From Neoconidiobolus thromboides FSU 785 (taxonomy: Eukaryota > Fungi > Entomophthoromycota), in assembly GCA_025603075.1 (NCBI GenBank), contig MU626369.1, forward strand, positions 9,360 to 73,359: DNA of 64,000 nt. The letters are read 5' to 3'. The notes under the pieces are model-generated. The model did no database searches. It saw nothing but the letters and a program-made list of their open reading frames with translations, and had not been told where the DNA came from. The first letter of the stretch is position 1; each line of letters opens with the position of its first letter. Of this stretch, positions 48,227 through 61,082 are shown piece by piece. A program made the translations under genes and the position numbers.

Positions 48227-48624
48227 TTGATCGTTTTTGAAACTATTTTATGGAATGTAAATGTAAATATAAGTATAAATCTAAATCTAAATTCAAATGT
48301 TTTTTTTAATATTTGAAGATTATGTCAAGTATTTATAGTTAATGATCTTTATTTAAAATAATTTAAATTTATCAATTAATCTTTCTCTCCATTGATACCC
48401 CACTTAAAAAAATATGCCAAGTTTTGATTTTTTGGTTAAAAAAATTAAGCTCATTGATATTCAGTATTTTAAGCTAATTAAATATTGATCAAAAAAAACA
48501 ATTTAATAATTTAAAAAATAAACATTCACATAAATAAGTTGGACTTAGAAAATAACAATAATATAAAACATATTAATTAATGTTTTAAATCAATTTATTT
48601 ATTTAATTTAATATATTTATGTAT

Positions 48625-51600
48625 TTATAAAAATTCATTCTCTTTCCAATATTCTAAATATTTTACAAATGTATTCTTATTTATCTCTTGACATTCTTTA
48701 ATAACCTTTGATCTTTTTTCAGTTTCCTTTGTATCTAGAATATAACTTATACTATCTTCCTTTAATCCTAATTCAAAGAACTCTAATAACGAATGAATAA
48801 ATCCAATATCTTTATTATCTATTTGTTGACGGTGTAATAATTCTAAAAACTGTTGATTATTTATAATATTAAATTCAATTCCTTCTTCTTTTAGCCATAA
48901 TAACATTTGATTGTATTTGATATTATTAGGATTAGCAATATGATTAACAATTATACTCTTTTTCTCTTCATTAATGAAATTCAATTCTATTAATCCCTTA
49001 GCTACTGTATTTACTGGTATCCAATTTAATAGCTGATAATTTTCTGGAGCTAAATTATATTGTTTTATTGCTTTTATAAATAAAGGTATATGTTCTTTAG
49101 TGTTCCAAATACCTTTATTGTCATCTCCTGAGATTTGTCCTATACGATGAATAGATATAAATAAACTATATTTATATTGAAGGGAATATTTTAATAAGAT
49201 ATTTTCAGTGATTAATTTAGACAAAGCATAGCCACTACAATGAACTGTATTGAGTAGTTTTGAATTAATTGAAGTTTGCTTTAAAAAAATTGTATTATAT
49301 GTGGTAACATTATTTAAATTTAATTGTGGAAATAAACTAGCAATACTTGAAATGAAATGAAAATGAAGTCTATATTTACTTTTTATACTGAAATTTAATA
49401 AATTAACAGTGAATTGAATATTTTCTTCAAATAAATTTAATGGCTTTAAAAAATTCATTAACCAAGCAGAATGATAAACTACATTCACATTATCTAACAA
49501 TTCTTTATATTTAATATTATTTAAACCAAATTGACTATCATTAATATTTAAATTTAATATTTGAATTTTATTCCATTGAGATTGAGTAATTTGAATTTTT
49601 CTTTGTTGAAATGAAAGTTTTAATTTAGATTTACTTTCTTCAATTGAATTTCCTCTTATTAAGCAATAAATTTTATTAATGTTATTTAAATTTATTAATT
49701 CTTGAATTATAAAATTACTTAATGATCCATTAGCGCCTGTTATTAATACACTTAATTTAGTTATACTGGGTTTATTATTATTATTATTGTTATCATCTGA
49801 AAATGTTGTATATTTTTTAATTAAATTATCTACCTGAGATTGATATTCAGTTAGCTCATTAATCTCCTTATTATTCTTATTATCACTATTATTATTTAAT
49901 AAATTAAAAATAAATTTAGATAATAATTGAATAGTGTCATATTGATAAATAGTGTTAATATTTAATGATTTTAAATTATATTCTTTAATTAATAAATTTT
50001 TATATTTTATAATACATAAGGAATCCATACCATTATTAAATAAATTATCATTGAATTTAATTGATTTATTAGTTATTTGTTGAAAATAAAATTGTAATTT
50101 AAATTGGATTTGTTCAATAGTATTATTATTATTATTACTATTATTATTATTACTATTATTATTATTATTATTATTATTATTAAATTGACTATATAATTGA
50201 TTAATCTCATCTTTAAATAAAACTTCGTTTTTTTTGCGTATAATATTACCTTTAGAAGTAGTAATAAATTGTTTATGATAATTGTTAGGTAAAATAAATA
50301 TTAATTCTTCAAAAATCCTAGAATGTGAAGGTAATATTTGATTGATCTCATAAATCTGTTTATAAATAGATTCCTTAATATCTTGAGTTACCTCATCAAT
50401 ATTTTCTTTTAATTGAATTATAATACAATTATATAATTGATTAGTACCATATACTAAACAATATTTAATATTATTATTATTATTTAATTTTAATTCAATT
50501 AAATTAGGATTCGTCTTTTCCCCATTACTATGAATAATGATATCATCCATTCTTCCCATAATTTCAAATATTAATTCATTCTCGTCTTTATTATATTTAA
50601 TTACTTTAAATAAATCATTATGTAAATAAAATCCACTTTCATTAATAACTACCTTATTCGCTAATCCAATATCTCTATTATTAATAGCTAGTTGATAAAT
50701 GGATTGTTTTTGATTAATACAAGTTAATTGAAATTGAATTCTTTTTGCTAATTTAAATCGATCAAAACAATTCTCTTCACTGTCTTCTCTCCAATTAGCT
50801 GCTAAAAATCCTGTTTCTGTAGAGCCATAATTATTAGTTACCTTAACCTTGTTATTATAACAACTCTTTAATAACTCATTTGAAACCAAAGCACCGCCTG
50901 TAACAATATTTGTTAAGCTTTGTAATCTTACTAAATAATCTTTATTCGATTGACAATATTCTATTAATTGATTTAATAAAAAAGGTAATAATATCAAATA
51001 ATTCACATCAAATCTTTTCATTTGTTGAAATATCCATTTTTCTTCTAATTTATTATCTGGAATAGCAATACATGAAGACATAAATAAACTTTTAAAAAAT
51101 TGGGCTAATCCAAAGCCATGAAAAAGAGGGGCATAGCTTAATCCAACACCAAAAAATGTTGAGTTTTCAATCTCTTCATAGTTACGCTGAATCCATTCAA
51201 TGAGATACTGATTAGTGATAGGATATAATTTAGGTTCAGATGTAGAACCAGAAGAATGCATCATTAAACATGGATAATTAAGATAATTTATTGTATCTTT
51301 CCCTTTATTTTCTGTTTTAATATCTTTGATATCTTTTTCATTTTCTTGATATTCTTGTTTCGTTTTTATAACCTCAATCTCAATATTTAATTCCTTTTTA
51401 CATTTCATTGCCAACTCATAATGATTTCTATCTACTACAATAATTTTACACTTGGATTTTAAAATCAAATATTTTAATATCTCTATGGAATTTTTTGGTG
51501 ATAATAAAATAGGTACGAGATTCAATTGCATTAATGCTAATAAATTGATAGCGTAACTGTGATTACTATTAGAGAGATAAGCAACAGGAATAAAGTTTAC

Positions 51601-51891
51601 TTCTCTTTCTTGTTTTTTTTTATTCACATCATTCTCTTCCTCTATTTCCTTTATTTCTTTCTTTTCTTCAATCCTAGTAATAATTTCTACTTCATTTAAT
51701 TGTTGTTGAATGTATTGTTTTGATTGTTGAATATTATGATAAAATTGTAAATAACTCATTTCAATTACTCTTTCATTTTGTTGATATTTAAATACCAATT
51801 CATCGGGATTATGAATAGCTTGATAATGAACTACATCACATATTCGACCATTCGATGGAAATGGTACAATTGTCAAGGAATTAGAAAGCAT
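48625..51891 (-). CDS. NRPS-like A-T-R enzyme, paralog of 40360-43530, intronless, with a poly-Asn insert
   Basis: HSSGSTSEPK, YGSTETG, GRMDD, TSKGNIIR, NGMDSL, ITGANGSL, YALSK motifs. Confidence 0.92.
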   Translation of the reverse strand: MLSNSLTIVPFPSNGRICDVVHYQAIHNPDELVFKYQQNERVIEMSYLQFYHNIQQSKQYIQQQLNEVEIITRIEEKKEIKEIEEENDVNKKKQEREVNFIPVAYLSNSNHSYAINLLALMQLNLVPILLSPKNSIEILKYLILKSKCKIIVVDRNHYELAMKCKKELNIEIEVIKTKQEYQENEKDIKDIKTENKGKDTINYLNYPCLMMHSSGSTSEPKLYPITNQYLIEWIQRNYEEIENSTFFGVGLSYAPLFHGFGLAQFFKSLFMSSCIAIPDNKLEEKWIFQQMKRFDVNYLILLPFLLNQLIEYCQSNKDYLVRLQSLTNIVTGGALVSNELLKSCYNNKVKVTNNYGSTETGFLAANWREDSEENCFDRFKLAKRIQFQLTCINQKQSIYQLAINNRDIGLANKVVINESGFYLHNDLFKVIKYNKDENELIFEIMGRMDDIIIHSNGEKTNPNLIELKLNNNNNIKYCLVYGTNQLYNCIIIQLKENIDEVTQDIKESIYKQIYEINQILPSHSRIFEELIFILPNNYHKQFITTSKGNIIRKKNEVLFKDEINQLYSQFNNNNNNNNNSNNNNSNNNNNTIEQIQFKLQFYFQQITNKSIKFNDNLFNNGMDSLCIIKYKNLLIKEYNLKSLNINTIYQYDTIQLLSKFIFNLLNNNSDNKNNKEINELTEYQSQVDNLIKKYTTFSDDNNNNNNKPSITKLSVLITGANGSLSNFIIQELINLNNINKIYCLIRGNSIEESKSKLKLSFQQRKIQITQSQWNKIQILNLNINDSQFGLNNIKYKELLDNVNVVYHSAWLMNFLKPLNLFEENIQFTVNLLNFSIKSKYRLHFHFISSIASLFPQLNLNNVTTYNTIFLKQTSINSKLLNTVHCSGYALSKLITENILLKYSLQYKYSLFISIHRIGQISGDDNKGIWNTKEHIPLFIKAIKQYNLAPENYQLLNWIPVNTVAKGLIELNFINEEKKSIIVNHIANPNNIKYNQMLLWLKEEGIEFNIINNQQFLELLHRQQIDNKDIGFIHSLLEFFELGLKEDSISYILDTKETEKRSKVIKECQEINKNTFVKYLEYWKENEFL

Positions 51892-52490
51892 ATTTGAGTA
51901 CTATATAACTATTTAATTAACGATTAAAAAATTAAAAGATTATAAGAAGATCAAAGGAAAAGGAAGAAAATAAGACTTGTCTATTATTTTTTAATATAGA
52001 TGATGGTCATAATAGACTTGAATAGTATTATCATAATTCTTATTAACCTTATTATAAAAATTACTATTTTTATAGAGATTTTTATTTATACTAAAGGATA
52101 GAAAGACACAATGTTACTTCTAACCAATAAAAGTTAAAAGATTGGATTGTTTATTAAGTTTTATAATTATTAGAGAATAAATGTTTATTTGTATCCCTTG
52201 ATTATAATGTAAAATTGCAATTCATTATTCTTAATAAAGATAAATTATTGATAAGTATAAATTATTATTATATAATATAGATTTAATGAAGTAAACCCAT
52301 ATAAAGACATATAATACTTACCTGATTATTAACTATTTTTTTCATAGATGTTAGTGATTGCGCAAATATTACGCATCTTCATACTGGTTCACTTTATCAA
52401 ATCCATATTATAAAAAGTTTTAAACCATTTTTTATAAAAATTCTTGTTAGATTGAATATAAAAATAAAAGAATAATAGAATTTTAAAGTT

Positions 52491-52732
52491 GAGTTAGTTT
52501 AAAAGCTTGGTTCAATTTTTGTTCAATTTTGATTTTTAGCAAAACTTGCAGATTAAGCTCTAAAAGCTGGAAAAAGTCTTATTTTTTTGTTTGATTTTAA
52601 AATAATTTATATTGGGACGTTTTTTGTACAATTTTACCTGAAAGTTTTTTACAAACTATAACATAGAAAATGAACAAAAGAAGAAAATTGGAAATTTTAA
52701 TTTTAATTTTAATCAAGCTTTTAAACTTATCT
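52491..52732 (-). mobile_element. MITE family 2, copy B
   Basis: Terminal inverted repeats GAGTTAGTTTAAAAGCTTG / CAAGCTTTTAAACTTATCT; aligns with 8036-8257. Confidence 0.78.
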
Positions 52733-52913
52733 ATATATAAAAAACCCATTATATAAAGTTGAGTCTAATTATACAAACAAGAATATACCAGTCATAGTAT
52801 CCCAGAAGAATTTTTTTCTAAAATAAAACTATATATTTATATTATCACTTACAATTTTTTCAAAACATAAAAATTTAGAAAAGTGGTCAAGGTAAATTTT
52901 ATTATTATTATAT

Positions 52914-53012
52914 GTGAGTGTTTTTTTTGACTTCATTATTTTTTCCATTTTTTAAGCACTATTTGAGCGGAAAATTTGGTAGTAAAGTTCTTAAACACAA
53001 AAATACATCCTC
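52914..53012 (-). mobile_element. MITE family 1, copy 16
   Basis: Reverse-orientation match; AT on both flanks; shares variants with copy 5. Confidence 0.9.
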
Positions 53013-53174
53013 ATATTTTATATTTTGTTTATTAAATTGTTTTAAAAAAATTACATTAAAATAGCCAAAATTCAATTTTTAATTAAACTTGTTTTTATGA
53101 TCACTATATATAAATACTTTTTAGAAATAATGTATATTTATTTTAAGTAACATTGATCTATAATATGTCTTTAG

Positions 53175-54281
53175 CTAAACTAATAGCTGACTAAAGTCAT
53201 CATTGAAATACCCTTTTGCAATTTTACTACTTTCTTTTAAAATTTCCTTACGAACATTTCTAAGGATAATTATCTTTTCATTAAACTCAGCACTTTGATA
53301 CTCACTAAGAATTATTTGGTCAGCAACCGGTCCTAAAATTGTATTAGTAGTAGCCACCAAAATCAAGTCTTCATATGGAAGTGCTGAAATACCAGTAGTT
53401 ATGGCAGTTCTCATATAAGTTAAAACTTTGCTATCAGTATCCATTTTTAAAGGATTGGCTAATGGTAAGTTGGTAAGACATGAGGCCAATGTACCAGCTT
53501 GATTAAAATCCTTATTTGATGCACAAAAATAACCACGATCACGATCATAACTAGTACCCCAATAACCACAACCAGATTGAATTTCTGAATTTGGAATTAA
53601 CTTGAAGCAATTACTATAATTATATTCCATAGCAGCGGTTTGCAGTACATTATTAGCTAATAAACAAATTTTATCAATACCTAATACATATTCATTAGAT
53701 TGAATTGTTTGTGCCTCCTTATTGTATAATTCAGTATTGTTTAGTATCTTACTAACTATTTTCTCAGTCATCTTAATTTGAAAAACTTGACGATAATTTT
53801 CATCATCAGGATGTAAGTTGTTCATTGGAATAATAATAGATCTTAAACCTTGCCTCAAATCTACTGAGATATAATTTGAGCTTCCAATAATAGGGGAAAT
53901 AAATAGATACTCTTTATTACTACTGGAAGATGTAAGTTCCATTATATTTAAATTCTTCATTTCTGAAATTAAATTAGTAGTTTTGACGCGAAAGTCATTG
54001 GTACAATATTGACGACAAGTTAAACAACAAGATTTAGTATCACGTAAACAACTCTTTCCTTCATACCACTTTCTTGAGGCCTCATAACTATCCTTTCCTG
54101 CTAGTGGTAACCAGTGATGTAACTGTTGACAATTACGTTGGTACTTTGGTGATATATCAACCTCGAACCATACCATATCACTATTAACTTTGTAGCATGT
54201 CTTATCTAAGTAAGTTAATCCAAGTGGGACTTGACCCAAAGCAACCGAAATAAAAAGTAGGAATGATAAAACAATAAACAT
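53175..54281 (-). CDS. Secreted Cys-rich hypothetical protein (368 aa), intronless
   Basis: Signal peptide MFIVLSFLLFISVALG and a long open frame; no family recognised. Confidence 0.8.
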   Translation of the reverse strand: MFIVLSFLLFISVALGQVPLGLTYLDKTCYKVNSDMVWFEVDISPKYQRNCQQLHHWLPLAGKDSYEASRKWYEGKSCLRDTKSCCLTCRQYCTNDFRVKTTNLISEMKNLNIMELTSSSSNKEYLFISPIIGSSNYISVDLRQGLRSIIIPMNNLHPDDENYRQVFQIKMTEKIVSKILNNTELYNKEAQTIQSNEYVLGIDKICLLANNVLQTAAMEYNYSNCFKLIPNSEIQSGCGYWGTSYDRDRGYFCASNKDFNQAGTLASCLTNLPLANPLKMDTDSKVLTYMRTAITTGISALPYEDLILVATTNTILGPVADQIILSEYQSAEFNEKIIILRNVRKEILKESSKIAKGYFNDDFSQLLV

Positions 54282-56561
54282 ATTATCTTTTGTTTAGACT
54301 GTTGTATATTTCAAATGTATATATACTTTTTGTGATGTTTTAAATGTTAAATATAAAATAAAATTTTATATTTGATGATTTAAATTATAATGAATATGAA
54401 CTAATAGAGAACAAATATATAAGTAGAATAGTTTGAAGTAACTATTATTGTAGTTTACGTATGGAGATATCAATCCAATTTTGTTAGTTACTCCCTTTTT
54501 TAAATATGCTGATTTATATAATAGATCGTCCTTTTTTGACATTTTATTTAATCTTTTTAATATATTTATTTGAATCTATTTTTTTGTAAACAATGATACC
54601 AGTATGTCCATGCAACTTTTCTTCAAAGAATGGAAAATTGACTGAGTTGAAGAATTCAAAAGATCTAGGCTCTGATTAGCTAGGAATAACAGTAAACAAA
54701 AGCACTTCTCAAATGGCTCTTATCACCCCTGTATATATTTTAAGTTGATACTTTTTGTTAAAATAGTTAGGAGTAGCTGACTCTCAAGAATATATAAAGT
54801 TCACATTTAAAAATTGATTATCCCATCCTTTGATATTACATAATGACCTCATTGACCCTTTGAAGCATTGATAAATACTTACATTGCTTTAGATTTTATA
54901 GTTAAAAAGTTTTTTGGATTTTAATAATACTAACGTATCTGTATAGGTTTTTAATAGTCTTTAGTGAAAATTATATTTAACATTCTTTAAAAGACAAATA
55001 ATCGAAAGTAAATATAAAATAGGTTTATTAAAAATGAATATTTATTATAAAAAGTACATATCATCAATAGTTTTATAATATCTTTAATTATATTATTCTT
55101 AAAGAGATAGGAATTATATTTTATTAAATAAGAAAATTCTTGATTTAAATTAGAATTGGTTTATGAAATTAAACCTACTCAAGTCTAAAATAGATGAAGC
55201 TAAATTGATTAATTTCCCTATTTTTCCATAGCCCCTCCTTCTCTTTTATCCTCCTCTACTTGGACTCATTTTACTCGATGTTTGCTTTTTTCCCACTTTT
55301 TACTTACCTCCAATAACAAACCACTTGGAAGTCCAATTCCTTCGAGATTTTCTTTAAAAAAATCCTTGACTTATGTAATAGTTTTTTAATATTTTAATTG
55401 GATAAAATTCTCCTATTAATGATATTACGCAATGTATTCTATTTGTTGACTTATATTCTATATTATTCATTAGTTTTTTCCTGAATGATATTATTTCAAA
55501 AATAAATTTTACTTTAATATAAAATATCCAAGTATGATACAGCTGTTATTTATACCAAATTAGTTAAATCTTTTTAATCTTTAAATAAAAAATAATTTTG
55601 TAATTTCAAAGATAAGAAAAGATAACAATAGAAAAATCAACGGATTGATTATTAGAAATAAAGTTTACTTAATGATAAGTAAAATAAAATAAAGCTATAT
55701 TTAAATCAATAATCTTTAATTTTTGATTAAACAGCTTTTATCTTTATTTTAGAACTAATTATTTTTGTTTTATAAATTTTTTATAAAACCAATGCTTTTT
55801 TAATGCTTACCTATAGCTTACTTGACTAAAAAGTTTATCGTTTACCTCGTTAACCTTCAATTTAAACTGTAGTTTATTCATATTCATTTACTTGTGATAA
55901 GGCTCTATTTCTTCAAGATTTGTCCAAATTTGTATTGGGTATGAGCTTGTTTTCCATTCATCGATTATCTCAATTCTCAATATTCAAGAATGGATTTATT
56001 CCGTACCTGTTTTACTCTATCAAATCCTCATTTTATTATTTACCTAATTACATACTATTTGGATTTACATCCTCCAGTATACATACATACCTATAAATAA
56101 TAAATTGTTAGCACTATAACTCAATAATCAATTCTATAAACCTCAAAAACGCAATGTTCATCTCAAGTAATAGCTTTAACTTAATATCAATCATCAATCT
56201 ATTTTTTGAGAAACAAATAAAACAAAACAACAAGTCTTAAAACTGGATGGTTAACATAAAAACACGCTCCAATTCTACTTTATCAATTTCGAATGCTTTC
56301 TCAAAAAAGTTCGATTTCTTTAATTTTTAACAATTTTGTCCTCTATTATAAAGTTCTAATCATCTACAGAGTAATTATAGAGCAAAGCGTATCAAACTTA
56401 CTTATAAATTTAAAAAAAGCATTACACAAAAACAGAAAATGATTAAAAAAATTCAAAATTGCAAATTTAATAAAAACTCATCCTCATTCTTCCCACCAAT
56501 AAAAAGCCCTTATTTCTCAACCACCAACCAATCTCCGTTACGTTTTACTTTACTTTACTCC

Positions 56562-57548
56562 TTACTGTTCCAATTTCGATAAACTAATAATACCCCCACA
56601 AGTACAATAAAAACCATCCGAAAGGTCCGGTAATAAAGAATCCTCAAATTGTGGGTTGATTTTTTTAGATTGAGATAGGAATTGATTACATCTAATTAAA
56701 ATGGTAAATAACAAGTAGTCATAAATATGAGAACGAATTAGACTTACCTTCCACAAACCAATTGGTTATAAATAGCATATATTCTCTTTTTAGAATACAT
56801 CGAAGGCGTGACTAATATTAGAAATTAATAAATCATATTATTATTGTTACTATGTAAACTTACCTTTTACTTTAATTTCACTATTGTTTTTATTAACTAG
56901 TTTATTACTAGTATTGATACTAGTTAATGGAATAATTTCATTTGGTTGTATTTTACTAGCATTAATAGCTAAATCAATTAATTTTTTATCTTGCTGTTGA
57001 TGATTTAAATTCGTATTGTGTCGTTGTTGCTGTTTCTCCTCTATACTTTTAATCCTTTTATTTAAAATCCCGATATCCTCTCTCTGTTGTTTATTATTAT
57101 TGTTAATAGTATGATAATTAGTACCTGGGATAAATTGCTTTGATTTTAAGCTCATATGAATAATAAATTTAACTAGATTTAATTCTACTGTATCTTGTTT
57201 TTCAATAAATCCTTCTATTTTTCTCTTTTTATTCAATAAACTACCTTTTTCATTACCAATAAAAAATAGCAACCAATTAGCTCTTCCATTTAATAAACCA
57301 TCTAAATTATTTTTTAATTTTTCACTCTTTAAATTTAATTCCATTGCTTTTAATAATATTTCTTGATACCACCTGCTATCTTTATGTTTATTAAATATTA
57401 TTACATTTGAATATTTAATTCTTTCATTAATAACTTTTTCATCATAATAACCATTTAATTGTTTAATTAGATATTTAAAAAATAGCAAATTATGTTGAGA
57501 TCCAGTTGGTAATTTATTACGTTGTAAATTCCAATAATTTAGCCATTC

Positions 57549-57608
<60 letters not shown>

Positions 57609-59714
57609 TAATTCTGACATAAATTTATCTAATGGGTAAACAATCATTATCAGATTTTCAATTAATTTCCTTACCATAGGATGACTTAATATTCCATAAT
57701 TCATATATAATTGATGAGCTAATGCATTATTATTATTATTTATTGTTCGATAATGATTATAACAATCTCCAAATAATACTATTAAATAGTTATAGAAGAA
57801 GATTGAAATTGTAGTTAAATGGCATAATTGATCATTTAAATAAATTTGATTATTTTCTTCTGGATCTGAAAATTCAGACTGTAATATCTCTAAACAATAC
57901 CTCAATTTAGTTATTGCTATTAAGCTATTAATTTGTTTGTAATATTTAGTTTGAAATTGTCGATATATCAATAGTTGTAATTTATTAAATTTATCAAATT
58001 CAATTGTTATTTCATTATTTTGATTAATATTATTTTTATATATTTGTAGTATTGAATCCAATTTAACTAAAAAATCATTTAGTTTCATTTCATTTAAATC
58101 CGATCCTTGTGCTTTTATTGGTTTTGGATGATATAAACTAATACTAACTAAATCAGATAAATCATTTTCATTGGCTAATGCTGATATATAATAAGGTATA
58201 AAACTATTTAATACATTATTATTATTATTGATTTCAATCAAATTAAATAATGAATATAAATTAATCAATAAGATATTATTTTCTGATGTAATTATTAATG
58301 AAATACATTGATTAGGTGATAATTCAAACAATTTAATATATCCTAATGGATTATTATTATTATTATTATATTTTGATATCATCGAATATTGATTTAATTC
58401 CATTAAATTATTAAATTCCGATATACTTTCATTTAGTTGATTCCAAATTTCCACTTTACCACTTAAAAAGAATAATATCTTTTTATTAAATTTATTTATT
58501 ATTTCCATCCTTATTACTTGATCCATTTGATACTCTTTTTTATTGATTCTACTATTTATGTTTTCTATTGACTAATTTAACATTAATATAAAAATTTAAC
58601 TAATATAATGAACAATATATAATAATATTACCTCTAAACTCATTAACTCCATTTGGGTAAACTTAAAATTAAAACAATGACTTATAAACGAACTCGATGA
58701 GTTCTTATAATTAACAATATAATTAACTTCGATTTGATCTAAATACCAATTCACTACTAAATCGCACTTATCCTGATCCATGGTCATCTCATTCTCATTT
58801 AATATCAAACAACTTAAATCCAATACTAATAAATTAATATTTTGTAATTGATTTTCTTTCATAAATAAATTTAAATCCATTTCAAAACTAATAAAATAAA
58901 ACTTATTCACTTTATCCTTAACTATAATACAAACAAATTCATCCTTTAAAAACACCATTTTTGTTAAATTCATTTCAACACCTTCTAATTGAGGTAAGTA
59001 TTGCTTTAGATCTATTAACTTGATACCCATCCTATCGTTAGAATCACAAGTCATCACTCCGAGCTCCCACCCTTGCATCAAAAATACCAGTGCAAATGCA
59101 CCTTCTTCATATTTAGGCCCCAAAAATTCTTGCGCTATTATATCTCCCGATTTTACATCGAAATTGCTGTATTCTTTCCTCTTTTTTATGAACTGATAAC
59201 ACTGAATTTTAGAATTCATTTTGATTGATTTTAATAATAATAATCCATTGCCTTTTTCCAATAAATAAACTGATAATTGGTGATTTTGATCATAAGTGAT
59301 TACATATCTTCCTGTTGGATCCCAGCACATAAAATCCATTTCACCGCTCATTCCTACCTCCTCAATACTTTCTCCCCCTACTTTCTCCTCGGTCTCTCCT
59401 TCCTCTTCCCTATAAATTAACACTTGCGAATTATTTAAAAACCAACGCGAAGTCAATTCCATACTATTATCTCCTTCCTCAGTATAATTTATTGCTTCAA
59501 AATTCAATATATTTAATTTGGGATGAAACTCCATTCCATCATTGGTCACTGTATCTACCAACTTGGTGGTAGAAAATAATAATGGATCGATACCGCTGTT
59601 GATGAGTATATTTTTAGTAGACCAAGAGAGATGCGGTATCTTTTTATCCAATTTATTTTGAGGGGTTTGAAGGGTTATTGTTGTTGCTATCGTTGTCAAA
59701 GGGGGTATGCTCAT
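56562..59714 (-). CDS. MED16: Mediator subunit 16 (Sin4)-like, 3 introns
   Basis: LSWSTKNIL and MCWDPTGRYVITYD propeller motifs. Intron 58572-58631 joins the two long ORFs in frame, and two further small introns give the C-terminal VCGRCNQ...YCTCGG Cys motif. Confidence 0.72.
57548..57610. repeat. (ATT)n microsatellite encoding poly-Asn in MED16
   Basis: Uninterrupted TTA/ATT run. Confidence 0.9.
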
Positions 59715-60316
59715 CTTTTTTGTGTTGTTGATTGGAAGTTATTGCTTTAAAAAAATGCCTACAAAAAAAGGACTGAATTCGTTCAAAGGATTTAGCTAAA
59801 TAGATGATGATTTCAACGAATTTGGATTGGTTCAATAAAAATTAAATTCGGAGTCAATGGAACGAAAGTTGTTTGAAATTAAAGCAAGATTTTTTGGTTA
59901 AAAAATTGAATAGGAATAAAGTAATGTTTTTTGAGGAAATTTAAATTGAATGTTTTTAATTATTTAATCAATTTTTATACATCTGTAATGTTGTGGTCCA
60001 AATCGGTTGATTATGTCATCTTTTGGTATTTTCCTACTTTATTTTCTTAATGAAATGTTCAACTCTACAACAATATTACACTCGATTATAAGTGAAAGAT
60101 ATAAAGAATTTATTCATGATAAAGAAATTTATTTAATAATCCTTCAATGTATTTATACTGGTTGGGTTGCTTATGATAATAACAGTTACACTGTTATTAT
60201 CATATAAAGTAATGAATGATTTATAGAATAGTAATTATTATAATCGAAATATATTGCTAGCATAGTATAGAACAATAACGCATTTAAAGTAAAAGACTAA
60301 GCTGGAAAGCTTATAT

Positions 60317-60414
60317 GGGGATGTATTTTTTTTGTCTAAGAGCTTTAGCTAACAATCTTTCCACCTAAATAGCGCTTAAAAATGGAAAAAGTAATGAAAC
60401 CAAAAAACATCCCT
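60317..60414 (+). mobile_element. MITE family 1, copy 17
   Basis: Consensus match; AT on both flanks. Confidence 0.88.
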
Positions 60415-61082
60415 ATATGGTGATTTAGAAACTGTAATGCATAGTTTTACAAAATCTAAAAGGTATAAAATTAGCTGTGATTTTCTTAAGTCAAAATATT
60501 TGGCCATTTTTTATAGTGAAAGTTGGAAACTATATAATTAATATTTGAAAAACGTATCATATGTTATTATTTTATGATGCAAAAATGAACACACAATTTA
60601 ATAGTTGCTTGTTAATAATTTGATTCAATAAAAAAATATTTTATAATTAGCGTTTAAAATTTTACAAAATACATATTGTTTTAGCTTTATAAGCTTAATA
60701 TAAATTATTTGTTAATTAAAAATATTAACTTTAGCTACTATAAAATTACAGTAAAAATTAATTTAAGTCAATTTAACATTAATATATAATTTATAAATGA
60801 TTTAAAAATGAGTATAGTTAAACTGTCATTTTTTAATAATTTATTCAGTTTAAAAAAAGTTGATAACCGTTATATTTTATAAAAATTGAGCAGAAAATTA
60901 AAATCTTCTTACAATAAAACCATGTGTCTATAAAAATAAGTTGAATACCACATTGAGTAAACAAAAAAAATGTGAAGATGATAATCTAATTTACTTTTTG
61001 AAAAAGAGATAGTATATAATAAAACCAAAGTATGATAAAAGTAAAGTAATAAACTTAAATTTATAGTTAAATTCCAAAAACA

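Noticed and set aside
55200-56450. Protein-like fragments on the minus strand (e.g. DEWKTSSYPIQIWTNLEE)
   Set aside because: Could not be spliced into an open frame, and no family was recognised.
60007-60207. 66-aa ORF (+)
   Set aside because: Non-ATG start, AT-rich, lies in the MED16 upstream region, no supporting features.
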